In this document: positions 1 through 11,228 of the stretch, in pieces
Numbering within the stretch: the first letter of the stretch is position 1
How the letters are laid out: the number at the start of each line of letters is the position of its first letter
Origin: Hyaloraphidium curvatum SAG 235-1
Taxonomy: Eukaryota > Fungi > Monoblepharomycota
Reading direction: 5' to 3'
NCBI GenBank assembly: GCA_025558095.1
Contig: JAIVFI010000021.1
Location: 310,001 to 374,000 of the forward strand
DNA length: 64,000 nt
Position numbers and translations under genes: made by a program
The notes under the pieces: generated by a model
Told to the model about the DNA's origin: nothing
Databases searched by the model: none
Seen by the model: the letters and a program-made list of their open reading frames with translations, nothing else

Positions 1-57
1 GCGGCCCTTCCCTTTAGTTCAGGGACCCTACTGACTCGATCACTCTTCGGCAATCAG

Positions 58-830
58 GAGTTCTACATCCCCTCCGAATCCACCTCCATCCACTTTCTCA
101 AAACGAAGCTCTGTGTGGGCTGCGCAAAGGGGTTCGAGATCGTCGACCTGGAATCCCTGAACACACAGGGTGCGCCGTCCCCCCGCGACCGCCGCGACCG
201 CGCTCATTTCCAATCACGCAGGACTCTTGGATCCGAAGGACGAGTCCCTCGAGTTTGTCATGAAGCGCGAGAACCTTCGGCCCATAGCCATCTATCGGCT
301 ACCCGACGGTTGCTTCCTTCTCTGCTACGACGGTGAGCCGCTGCGACAGTTATTCTCCGTCGGCCTTTTAACGCTCATGACGTTGTGTCCAGAGTTTGGT
401 TTCTACGTGGACAAATTCGGACGCCGGACGCGGCACGAGCAACTGATTCAATGGACGGGCTCGCCGTCGTCCTTTTGTGAGCACGAGCTGCCATCCTCGA
501 CCACTGCCGAGCCCTGATCCACCGTCCCTTCCAGCGCTCGTGTATCCCTACGTGATCGCGTTCGATTCGTCGCTGATAGAGATTCGGAACGCGGAGACGG
601 GCGACCTGCAGCAGGTGATCGCGACGACGAACCTGCGCAACGTCAGCACGGACCCCGAGCTCCTGCACTGCGTGATGGACTCGCCCGCCGGGGAGACGCA
701 GCAGCTTGTGAAGCTCAAGCCGTGCTATAGCGGCCCGGAGCAGGCTCCGGGTGGGCTAGATGGGGGCGATTTTGTGATGGGCCAGGCCGCGGGGCGCCAG
801 GCTCTGGCAGTGAACGGGACGGTGGAATGA
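58..830 (+). CDS. ROM2: 3' part of a ROM1/ROM2-type Rho GEF (C-terminal CNH domain); spliced, 5' end outside the window
   Basis: Joined exons read EFYIPSESTSIHFLKTKLCVGCAKGFEIVDLESLNTQGLLDPKDESLEFVMKRENLRPIAIYR...EFGFYVDKFGRR...YPYVIAFDSSLIEIRN, typical of the fungal Rom2 CNH domain; stop TGA at 828-830. Confidence 0.85.
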
Positions 831-859
831 GGGTTTCTTGCTTTCGTGTTGCAGGTTCA

Positions 860-2239
860 CTAATGACTGAGTCCGATCACCTTGCCCATGAAAGCCATGA
901 GCTGGAGCTGCTCGTCTGCGCCGTCCGTCAGACACTTGTCGATGTGCCCCAGGTGCTGCGTCAGAGCGGCCTTCTGTCGTGTCGTCAGCCTCGGGTCCGA
1001 GATCACAGAGTCATGCAGCTGCGGTGGTAAGCTTAGGGCGCGAAGGTCGTGCGACGTGAGCACGGGCGCACCTGGGAGACGATCTGCCCGACGGAGTATC
1101 CGGCCACGGTGGCCGCATTGACCGCAGCCATCATTTTGTCGAAAGAGTTGCTCCACATGGAGAGCAGCAGGGTCTCGAGGACCGGGGCGGGAACGACCTG
1201 CGATCTGATCTGAGAAGCTTTCGACGGGACGGCGGAGCCGAGACCTACGCCGGCAATCTCAAACAGTGAATCAGCAGTAATCATGTCGGAGCCGTGAAGG
1301 CGATGAGCACTCTGTAGGAAAGTGATGGCTTTGCGCAGATCGCCGTCGGCCACTTTGATCAGCACTTCGATCGCCTGTCAATCCGCGGGCAGCGTCAAGG
1401 CGACGTGGCTAGCTTAAGGTAGCAGCAGCCCACCTGCTCCTCGATGTTGACATTCTCGGACGAGATGACGTGTTTCAATCTCGCGATCATGCTGGCATCG
1501 TCGAGCGGCCGGAACCGGAACTTGGCGCAACGCGAAGCAAGAGGCTCAATGATGCTGGTCGGTGCAGGTTCGCTCAGACGTGGAGGTGCGAGATTTAGGA
1601 TCCCGCTACGCACCGGGAAACATAATTGCAGATGAGGCAGAATCGGGTGATCTTGGAGTAGGTCTCCATCGTTCGCCGCAACGCCGATTGTGCATCGCTG
1701 GTCATGGAGTCGGCTTCGTCAAGGATCACGATCTTGTACGGTGGGCAGGGGTGGCCCCCTTGCGACCTCTGGGTGACGGAGACGCGTGCAAAGTTCTTGA
1801 CCTTTTCGCGCACGATCTCGATTCCGCGCTCGTCGGAAGCATTGAGCTCGAGCACCCTGCTCCTGATCTGCTCGGGACTGAGGAGCAGCCTGGGCGGTGA
1901 GCTTGGAAACGAACTACATGCAGGGCAACGCACCCGTAGAGATCATGGGCGAGGGCCAAAATGGTCGACGTCTTTCCGGTGCCTGGAGGTCCGTAGAACA
2001 GCAGATGCGGTAGCTTCGCGCAAGCATGAGGCAGAAAAACGAACTCCGTGCCAGAGCATGCCCACATTCTCCGACTCTATCGTGCGCTTCAGAACCGCGA
2101 CGGTCTCTTCCTGTGACGAGACCTGGTCGATCTTCTTTGGCCGGTATTTTTCCACCCAGGGAATGGAGCGCTCCGGAGCGGCTCCAGTACGTTCCGGAGC
2201 GGCTCCAGTACGCTCCGGAGCGGCTCCAGTAACGCTCAT
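860..2239 (-). CDS. RFC2: Replication factor C small subunit (yeast Rfc2 / human RFC4 type), multi-exon
   Basis: PWVEKYRP, Walker [73 protein letters not shown]. Confidence 0.93.
2169..2231. repeat. 3 x 21-bp tandem repeat encoding (TGAAPER)3 at the RFC N-terminus
   Basis: CGCTCCGGAGCGGCTCCAGTA at 2169, 2190 (1 mismatch) and 2211. Confidence 0.95.
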
Positions 2240-2470
2240 CGCGATGCGGGACCACCGACCCCGGGGGTGTATGGGCAGTGGACGGCGCGTTTTCACGCGT
2301 CTCAGGCCCAGGGGAGCAAGTATCGCCTTTAGCGAATCGCTCCTTCCGGGGAGGAGTGACAAGGCTTCGAGAACGTGCTCGGAGGACGGCGGACGTCAGG
2401 TGTGGAGTGTACTGCCTGTACTTCGATCGTGATCGGCCCGCTTTGACGACTTTTTTCCGAGCGCACCGAG

Positions 2471-3468
2471 ATGGACGACTGGGGTCGGTAGCCCTGGGTG
2501 CTGATCCATTGATGATGCGGTGTTTCCTGAGCAACGATTTCGGCGGCAGAGAGCGAAGACGTGAACGAGATCCCGGCCCCAAAGGCTTCCGCGGCAGCAC
2601 CGCCGCCCAGACTCGCAGCACCTCCAAAGAAAGGAAAATGGGACGACGAAGACAAGGAGGAGGACGTCAAGGTCAGCCGAGGGAGGAGTGGGCGTTGTCA
2701 GCGGGCTCATGCTTTTCCGCAGGAATCCTGGGAGGAATCGGAAGATGAGGCACCAAAGCCGGCGGCGAAACCCGTCGGAGCGGGGGCTCCGAAGAAGGCT
2801 CCTGCAACTGCTGCTGCGAAGAAGGGTTCCGCCGCGGCCAAATCGGGGGCGAAAGCCGCCCCGCCGGACGAGCCCGAGGACGAGACGCCGGAGGAGCGGA
2901 AGCGACGTCTGCGGAAGCTCGAAACCGACGCGGACTTCGAGAACGTTCAGGATCTCTTCGCAAACGTGAAGTGTGGGCGTCGCCGTCTTGGTCCGTTCGT
3001 CTTCGGCGGCTTACTTAGCTGGACCAGTCACGAGCATCCTGGGGGAGGACGGCGAGCCTGTCGACCTTGGTTCCTACAAGCCGGCAGCCCGGGAGGAGTT
3101 TGATCTGCTGGCAAAGGCGGTGGTCCAGAGCTTTGCACGCTTCGAGAAGCACGGACTTTACGTGCACTTTGTCGAGACTCTGTCCCGGGAGCTGGCGACC
3201 ACGCTCGCGGATCCGCTTGACGTGAAGAAAGTCGCGAGCACCCTGACGGCACTTGCCAACGAGAAGCAGAAGGTGATCAAGGAAAAGGAGTCGAAGAAGA
3301 AGAAGGGTGAGATCGGGCGCGGTCCGCCTGCACCTGTGCCTCATCGCCTGTTTCTCTGCAGCGCCAGCCAAGAAGTCCCTGAACCGATCAGAGGACATCT
3401 ACGATGACGTGGCAACGGAAGGCGGGGGTGTCGGCGGGGCTTATGACGATGAATTTGACTTCATGTAG
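2471..3468 (+). CDS. HCR1: Translation initiation factor eIF3 subunit J (Hcr1), multi-exon
   Basis: ATG GAC GAC TGG G|GT intron gives MDDWESED; KGKWDDED; RLRKLETDADFENVQDLF; DVKKVASTLTALANEKQK; C-terminal DEFDFM*. Confidence 0.9.
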
Positions 3469-3608
3469 AGCTACCTTCTCAACAGAAGACGGAGAGGGCA
3501 CTTGATCCGAGGGGCGAGTCCGATCAAGGAGGGCCCGCGGGACGACCCCGCCGAATCACCGAACAGGTCGAATGGGCCGGCCTGCGGCGCCGAGCCACAG
3601 TAGTTCCG

Positions 3609-6600
3609 ATGCTCATTAAGCCGACCAAAGTCGATGCCTCGACGCCGCTGTGGTTCAACATCGAGCTCGATACCCGGGGGGGCGAAATCCCGAGCACCAA
3701 TGTCGGGGAAGGCGCGTCGAAGCCGGACCTGGTCCTGCAGAAATCGCAGGCGTCTGGCAACAGCGTGCTCCGCACCATAGTCAACGTGTTTGAAACGAAG
3801 TTGTCGCCATACCGGATTCTGATGTGCTTTCGCGGCGGTTCCGTGCCCCGATACTTCCAAGTCGCCGTGGCTGACAGTCTGGAGGAGCTCCAGCGCAATC
3901 TCCAGTACTTGAACGACAACATCGTTTCCGGATTGAAGGCCTTGGACGAGGCGGACCGGGAAACGTGGGCGCTGGACAAACTGAATGCCCTCCTGGCGAG
4001 CGGAAAGAACTCGTCTCACGCGGGCGAGGCTTCGGACGATGCCAAGGTGGACAGCATTCGCGAGCTCTACCGCTCGGGCTCCTGAAACGCGACCGTGCCA
4101 GGTCCGGGCCGCCAGCAGGGCGTTCCACTCGCACTTCCAGCTCCCCGAATCGGAGAAGCTGCTCTACTTCTGCTCAGCAGCCTACCAACGGGTCACGAAC
4201 CAGGGATGGCTCTACCTGTCGGCCAACCACCTTTGTTTCTATTCATTCATCCTCAACACCGAGACCAAGGTGGGACCCGAGTGTGGACCTGTCTGCCTTG
4301 TCCTCAACCCCGCGAATCAACCTACTAGGTCAAGATCGAGCTGAAGGATGTTGAGCATCTGAAGCGCGAAAAGTCAAAGGGCTTCTTTTCTGACTCGATC
4401 GTGGTGAGCACAAGGAACAACACGCAGCACTTCTTCAGCAACCTTTTGCGCCGCGACGAAACGTTCGACATCCTCGAGGACCTTACGAACCACGCAATGA
4501 CCAGGATGTTGAAGAGCAGCGCGAATCAGCAGTTGGAGGATTCCCCTGTGGCGTCGACCGCCGCGGACGTCGCCGGATCGTCCAGGAAGGAGTTGCTCGA
4601 GGAGCAGAGGCACAACCAACAGTTTCAGCTCGTCTTCAGTCTCCCAGCCGGGGAAGAGATGTTGGAGTCGACCTACGCCGTCCTCGGTGAGGGTTGGCGC
4701 TCCGCAGCCCATCCTCTGCTCATACAGCGCCTGCAGCTCTCCCGGACAATCCAACGGAAATGCAAGCACAAGGGCGGCTCTTTATTTCAACCGGGGGATT
4801 CTTGTGCTTCTTGGTGCGTGTGCTTCGTCCATTCATCGCACCGAGGCCAACACCCGGCGCAGTCATCCACCAAGTATCAAGCCCAGTTCACCCTTCCTCT
4901 TTTCGTTGTATCGGTGCGTTTAACAAGACCTCTGCTATCTCAAGCGCCAGCTTATGATCATTTGGTGCGCAGAAAATGGAGAGGCTGGTCGACTCTGGCA
5001 CTCCAACCATTTGCATCACGCTGTGAGTCTTCCCGGTGGTGGACACTCGGAGAAGGTTAATCAGCTAACGGTCGTGTGAGAAGGTGGCACAAGATGAAGA
5101 TCATTTTGCAGCTCTTGACGGATGCAAAAGGAGCCGACAATATCTGCAACGTTCTGAAAAGGATGCTTCAGGACCAGATTTCGCGAATGAAAATGGTCAA
5201 ATCGTTCACCAAGACATGCACGTCGGAGATGCTTCTGGCGGGGAACCAAGTGACCACGGGGGGGCTGAGTCTCACTTTCGGTGGCATTGAGGCTAAGGGG
5301 TGCGCTGCTTCCACCTTTCTCCCCTTCCGTGTACTCATCACGCGCACAGAGCAAAGCAACGAAACCGCCTAAAGCTTTGGCAGGTTGGGAGCAAGCACTC
5401 ACGTCGGGTCGCCCTTGTTAACTCCCCGCGCAGGCATATTTTAAGGACCACGGGCGCAACCTGACCTTGATTCGGAACCCCCAGCTGATCAAGCTCTGTC
5501 GGATCGGGATTCCGGAGAGCGTGCGCGGGGAGTTGTGGGAAGTGTGTTCGGGCGCGATATACCAGCGCTTTCTCCATCAAGGGTAGGTCGTTGCGTGGCC
5601 TCCCCGCCTGTTGGGAGCCCTCTTACCTTGCTTGCAAGGTACTATAAAGACATACTTCAAGCGAACGAAGGGAAGACCTCGGTAGCTACGGAAGAGATCG
5701 AAAAGGATCTAAACAGGTAGATTACTTACTAGCCTGCTTTTGTCGGATGGCTCATTCGCCCCTGAGATCACTTCCGGAGTATCCTGCATTCCACGCAGAA
5801 GAGGGCATCGGTGGTGAGCACACCACTGTGTTTTGACGCTTTCGCAGCTTACGCCACGCCCCACCCTCAGCCCTGCGGAGGGTCTTGTATGCATATGTGC
5901 GTGCACATGGCCCTGCCATCTTTGTCGGCACTGACATGGGACGCCGTTTTGTCTGCAGTCCTTTCACGACCCGACTCTTGGGTACTGCCAAGCCATGAAC
6001 ATTCTAGTCAGCGCCTTGCTTGTCTATCTTGAAGGCGAGTTGAGGCTGCATGTCTGGCATTGTGCATACTAACGGCGTCTGTGCAGAGGAGCAAGCTTTC
6101 TGGATTTTGACCGTTCTTTGCGATCGCTTGCTGCCCCGGTACTATACCCCAACGATGGTAGGCAAGTCTCTGGTGCACGGGAGTTCTTGCCAACAGCCTG
6201 CAGATTGGCGCCGTCGTGGATTCTCGCGTGTTGGAGTCCATGGTCGAGAAGTTCATGCCTCTCTTGGACTCGCACTTCAAAGGCCTGGATCTCCAGCTCT
6301 CCATTGTCGCCCTACCATGGTGAAGGACTCGATCGCGGGCTTTCTGTCCTCGACTGACGAAGAATTGCACCCGGGATCAGGTTCCTGTCCCTGTTCATCA
6401 ACGCCTTTCCGCTATCATTAGCATATCGGTGGGTCAATCTTGCACGGTAGGTTTGTGATCGACTCATTTCTCCTGGCAGGGTTGTGGACAACTTTTTTTT
6501 GGGTCAGAGCCCTGGCGCTCCAAACTCTTTTTGTAGGCCGCTAAAGCTCCCTGTTTCCCCACATTCTAGAAGGACCTCGCTTCTTGTTCCAGCTGGCTCT

Positions 6601-8204
6601 GGCAATCTTGAAAATCAATGGCAACGGTGAGTACGTTAGCTTTTGTGATGGTTTAGCTGATGCTAACCAGCGGTTGGACGTCACTGGTAGCTCTACTACA
6701 AGTAGGTTTCTAGTGGCTCGTTGCGCCGAGCTTGCACCGACGGGCTTCCCAGGCCAAGGAAGACGGAGAGGTCATGCAGATTCTCAAGGACTATTTTGCT
6801 ACGCTGGAGCGACCAAGCGTTGACTCGGGGCCGGGTGCACGTCCCGTGCAACGCTTTACCACCCTGCTGTTGTGCGCATACAAGGAGTTTCAGGGCGTCA
6901 CGAGCGATCTCGTTGCGGACATGCGTCGCAATCACCAGTACCGAGTCGTCCAGGCGTTGGATGTCTATTCGGTGGGCGATGGTGCTGGGCGTTACTGCCG
7001 CGACGCTACATTGTTCGAACCGCCCAGAAACGTTCCCGCATTCACGAGCTTTCAGAGTCGTCCAAGTTCTCGAAGCAGGAGGTAAGTCTGCCAAGGCTGC
7101 TTAGCCGTCGATTCTCATCCGTCGCACAGCTCTTCAGCATCTGTGACCTGTACTTTGACGCCATTTACCATGTTGGCAAGTTCAACGCAGCCGGCGGAAG
7201 CAAGATGGATTTGTCCGCTTTCCACAGGTTTCTTGGGAGGGTGGCCGCTTGGGCAGGTGAGATAAGTGCTCCTTGGGCGTCATAGTGCATCGTTGATCAT
7301 CGCCACGGTCAGATTTGGAGCCAGACCGCCTCAAGAGGCGGACGCGCGGCATCGACAGCGGCAGCGGCGAAGTGCCCGGGCAGCAGATCATCGAGCTCCT
7401 CTTCCGATACTTTAACCGAAATGTGCGTGGCGTACCGAACGGGTATCCAAACCTCACGAACCGTTTTCCCAGTCGGACGATCCGACCCACGTCACCCTCC
7501 AGGAGGTCGTTCGCGGCTTGGGTGAGATCATCTTCAGTGATGCATCCGGCAATGCCGACCTGCTCTTCGCGCTCTTTGATGAGAAGCGCAAAGGGTACTT
7601 GGACCGCGACGACATCGTCAGGCTGTCCGAGTCGCTGCTGTTTGTTCACCGCGACGCCAGCGGAGACGCGTATCTTACGGCCGTGTCGGACTTTATGCGC
7701 AAGAGCTTGGCAGTAGGAGCCGAACTCGCACAAACCCCGCCGGATGGTGCACAGCAGCAATCGGCCGATGGATCAGCCGGTGTGGATGTGGATGTGCGTT
7801 TGTCGAGGGACAAGTTTCGGGCCCTGTTGCTTGCGGAGGCTTTCTTGGGCGAGCAGATGTCGCAGTTCGGACCCAGTTTCGTCATCAGGCCCCCTGAAAA
7901 GCAGGAAGCTGAGGTCCGTTTCGTTGGCGCGGCTGTGGACCGCGTGATCAGCGAAGGCGTGCGTTGGGCAACGGGATTCCGGACGTCGTCAGACACCAGC
8001 CCGACGTCAGCCGATGCGCGTGTTTCGGAACGTGCGCCGGAAAGCCCCGGAGAGGACGACGTAACGTTAAAGGACCCGGCCGTGGACGGTGCTGAGGCAT
8101 TTCTGGAAAGCCTCGGGATCGATATCGATGGACCGGAAACCGCCTTGGACGAGGGTTCTTCAGACCTTGATGCCTTTCTCAACAGCCTCAATATTGAGCG
8201 ATAG
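3609..8204 (+). CDS. GRAM-GRAM-TBC-EF-hand Rab GTPase-activating protein (Mdr1/Gyp2, TBC1D8/9 family), many exons
   Basis: GRAM motif QGWLYLSANHLCFYSF; TBC motifs GIPESVRGELWEVCSG, EEIEKDLNRSLPEYPAF, GYCQAMNI, EEQAFWIL; EF-hand-like LFALFDEKRKGYLDRDDI. Confidence 0.88.
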
Positions 8205-8207
8205 CTA

Positions 8208-10759
8208 CTATCCGGTGAAGGCGCCAAAGGCAAGCGCGAGGTTGCGCCGGCTGAATGCCACGTGGAGGATCGGTGTCTTCTTTGTCGCATAGGCTCCGAG
8301 CTCGTTGGCGAACGCAGTCCTGGGCGAATCGCATTGGCCTCGTACCCGCGCCGTGCGCGAAACAAATAGACCTACCGTCCATTTAACCCGAGGCTCGAAT
8401 ACGCGGCGGCTTCCTTTGTTTCCGAATCCTTGGCGCTCCAGAAGCGGACCGTTCGGTCGGCTCCACCCGACATTAAGAGGTTGCCATCTTTGCTGAAGGC
8501 GAGGCAATTGATCGCATCGGTGTGCCCTCGCATCCGCTTTATGGGTTGCGCGCTGCCGAGGTCCCACAGCACGATGCTGGCATCATCACCTGCGACAAGC
8601 AGTTGCAACGGAATCTACCAGAAAGAGAATGACCGAGAACGCACCTCCGCTTGCCATAGTCCGTCCATCCGGCGAAATCGCGACAGATGACACGGGGCCC
8701 GAATGCTCCTTCATGATGCGAACACACTCCCCCTTCTGCACGTCCCACAGACGGCAGGTTTTATCACTCGATCCTGTGAGCACATAGTTCGAATTCGGGT
8801 GAAATCTGACGGTCTGTCGCAGAAGTGAGTTGAAAAAGCACGAGACACGCGGCGCAGAATCGCACATCAACGTCCGAGAGGTGCCCCACAAAGATGCGAA
8901 GCGGGTATATCTGGTCGCAGCTCCAAAGGCGGGCTGTTCGATCGTGGGAAGCTGTGGCGAAATAGAGGCCTTCGGGACCGAAATCGACGTCCCAGACAGG
9001 GTAGTTGTGACCCTTGTAGCACACAATGTTCGTTTGGGTCTCGAGGCTCCACAACCGTGCTGAGCGAAACGGAGGGAACGAGATCAATGGCAAACGAAAC
9101 CGTCGGGATGGACTTGCTCCTACCGGTGCGGTCCGCGGACGAGGAAACCAAGTACTTTGCGTCCTGGCTCAGAGCTAGTCCGTAGACCGGCCCTCCATGC
9201 CCGACCAATTGGATACTGCCCGGGGCAGCAGCTCTCTTGGGATTGGATCCTGTGCGGGACCACCTCAGCTTCCTCCCCCGCGAGAAACGCGCTGGGGTCT
9301 CACCACGCTGCTGCTCTGTGCCCAGATTCCATACGCGGATGGTAGAATCTTGGAAGCCACCGGCGATGACATGCGTATCGGACGAAGTCGTGAGAGAGTT
9401 CAAGCTTCGACGGCCATGGGTCAGACCTCCCATGCATTTGAACACAGGTCAACAACTCACTTGCCGTAGGTGTTGTGAAAGGTATAGCAGCACACTGAAG
9501 GGAGCGACTGCGGACCGGTGTTGACCGCTTTGCTGGCTTCCACAAGGGCGGCAATTTTGGTCGAGATGTCCGAAAACTTGCTGGAATGGAATGACCGATT
9601 GACATGTGAACTGCAGGTGCCGGACGCCGGCTGACTCGCACCTCGCTGGAAGCGGGATTCGATCTCTGCTCGGACTCCGCAAGGCGGCTTCCGTTGCCCC
9701 CCCGCCAGCCGCTTCAGACTGAAGCAAACGCTGCGGATCAATCTGCTTGACGCGGTCCAGTACCTGCACGGTCATCTCCCCGGCATCAAGCTGATCTTGC
9801 ATCAGATCGCGCACGCGCGGCCGTTTCCAGGACCCACTGCAGCCTGAACGCGCCTCTTCATCTCCTCGTGAACCGTTCGTTCAGGAGGCAGCTCCCCTAG
9901 CAACACGGCCTTCTGATTCGTGGTGCCAAACTGCAATGCAGTCTCCCCGATGAGTCCGTTGCCCACAGACGACGGCCCGAGGCTGGAATCGACATCCGCG
10001 ATCACTGGCAACACGTACGGTCTCAAATCATCGTTCGGCGATTACCAAGAAGGTGCACAAACCGCGGATGCTAAGGTGCTGCTGGGTCAAACGGGTCAGT
10101 TGGAAGAGATTCTGGTCCGTGAGGAACTGAACGAAGAGAGTGTAGGCCATCCTCGACATCTTCAACATGTAACGCGTGGAGAGGAACCGCTGGCAGAGGT
10201 CGTTTTCCCGGACGTGTTGAACGTCGTGCACCGCCGCGAGCACCTTCAGCTCGTGTTCGTGGACGGCCGCGTGGTCGCCGCGGTGCGACTCGAAGAACTT
10301 CCTCGCTGTTTACCGGGCATGATCAATTAGGCCGCTCATTTGTAGTGAACTCCAGGCAAGCCGTACCGGTATCGGTCGTCCCCGGGTTTGCCATGAGGGA
10401 GAGGAACATGTACACGAACAGAGGGAAGAGGAGCGACTCCAAGTCCCCCTACGCGTCCACGGGCGCTCAGCGATGGGTTCTAGCCTTACGGAGGCTACAC
10501 CGACCTTGTAAGCGTCAATGGAGCCGTCCACCCAGCGCCGTAATGCCATGTAGCTTTCATCGTACACTCGGAGGGACACCGAACCGTCTCCGTCGCCGTC
10601 CAGCAAGACAGCACGGGGAATCGGCAGTTCGCCATCAATGTCCAATTCGCTCCTGAGGCCTTCGATGGACTTGGTGCGCGCCTCCTTCCTGAGCGCTTCC
10701 TCGGCTTCGCTGAAGCCCCGCCGCCGAAGGTAACTCAGAACAGATTCCACGTCGGCCAT
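8208..10759 (-). CDS. TAF5: TFIID subunit TAF5 (LisH, NTD2, WD40 repeats), multi-exon
   Basis: N-terminal VLSYLRRRGFSEAEEALRKE; PSVCCYTFHNT; YKGHNYPVWDVDFGPEGLYFATASHDRTARLWS; FHPNSNYVLTGSSDKTCRLWD; C-terminal YATKKTPILHVAFSRRNL. Confidence 0.93.
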
Positions 10760-10917
10760 CGCGATCCGTGGACCGCGTCCGAAGGTGCCGGGACCTTAGG
10801 TCTCCTTCATTCTGTGCAAGCCATTCCGCTCGCCCCGCAGACAGCGCTGGACGTGTTTGACAAAACGGATCAGTCACGCGCGCGGTCGTCGCGTCTGCCG
10901 GCCGGCATCGCGACAAC

Positions 10918-11169
10918 ATGGCGCAAGGAGTCATCAGCCGTACGATGGCAAGCTGGTCGGTTACTTATGCTTCTGTAACCATTGACCGTCGAGATTGACG
11001 CGTTCCTGGGCCGGCCGATGCGGATTGAAGGTTCGCCATAACAGCGATCGGCTTCGGATTCCTGGTGGTTGCCAGGCGGGACATTGACCGACGACGGCGC
11101 GAGCATGATAAGCTGCGTCGCGAGCAGCTTCGGAAAGAGAGGGACAAGGAGCGCGGGAGGCTCGATTGA
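10918..11169 (+). CDS. Two-exon 58-aa single-TM microprotein, DUF4748-like; absent from the ORF track
   Basis: Exon 10918-10955, intron 10956-11030 (GTCGGT...GAAG), exon 11031-11169 give MAQGVISRTMASWFAITAIGFGFLVVARRDIDRRRREHDKLRREQLRKERDKERGRLD*. Confidence 0.7.
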
Positions 11170-11228
11170 GCCTCGCCGACGGATGGACCGGAACGCTGGT
11201 CATGGAGATACCCCGGATACTGTGTCTA

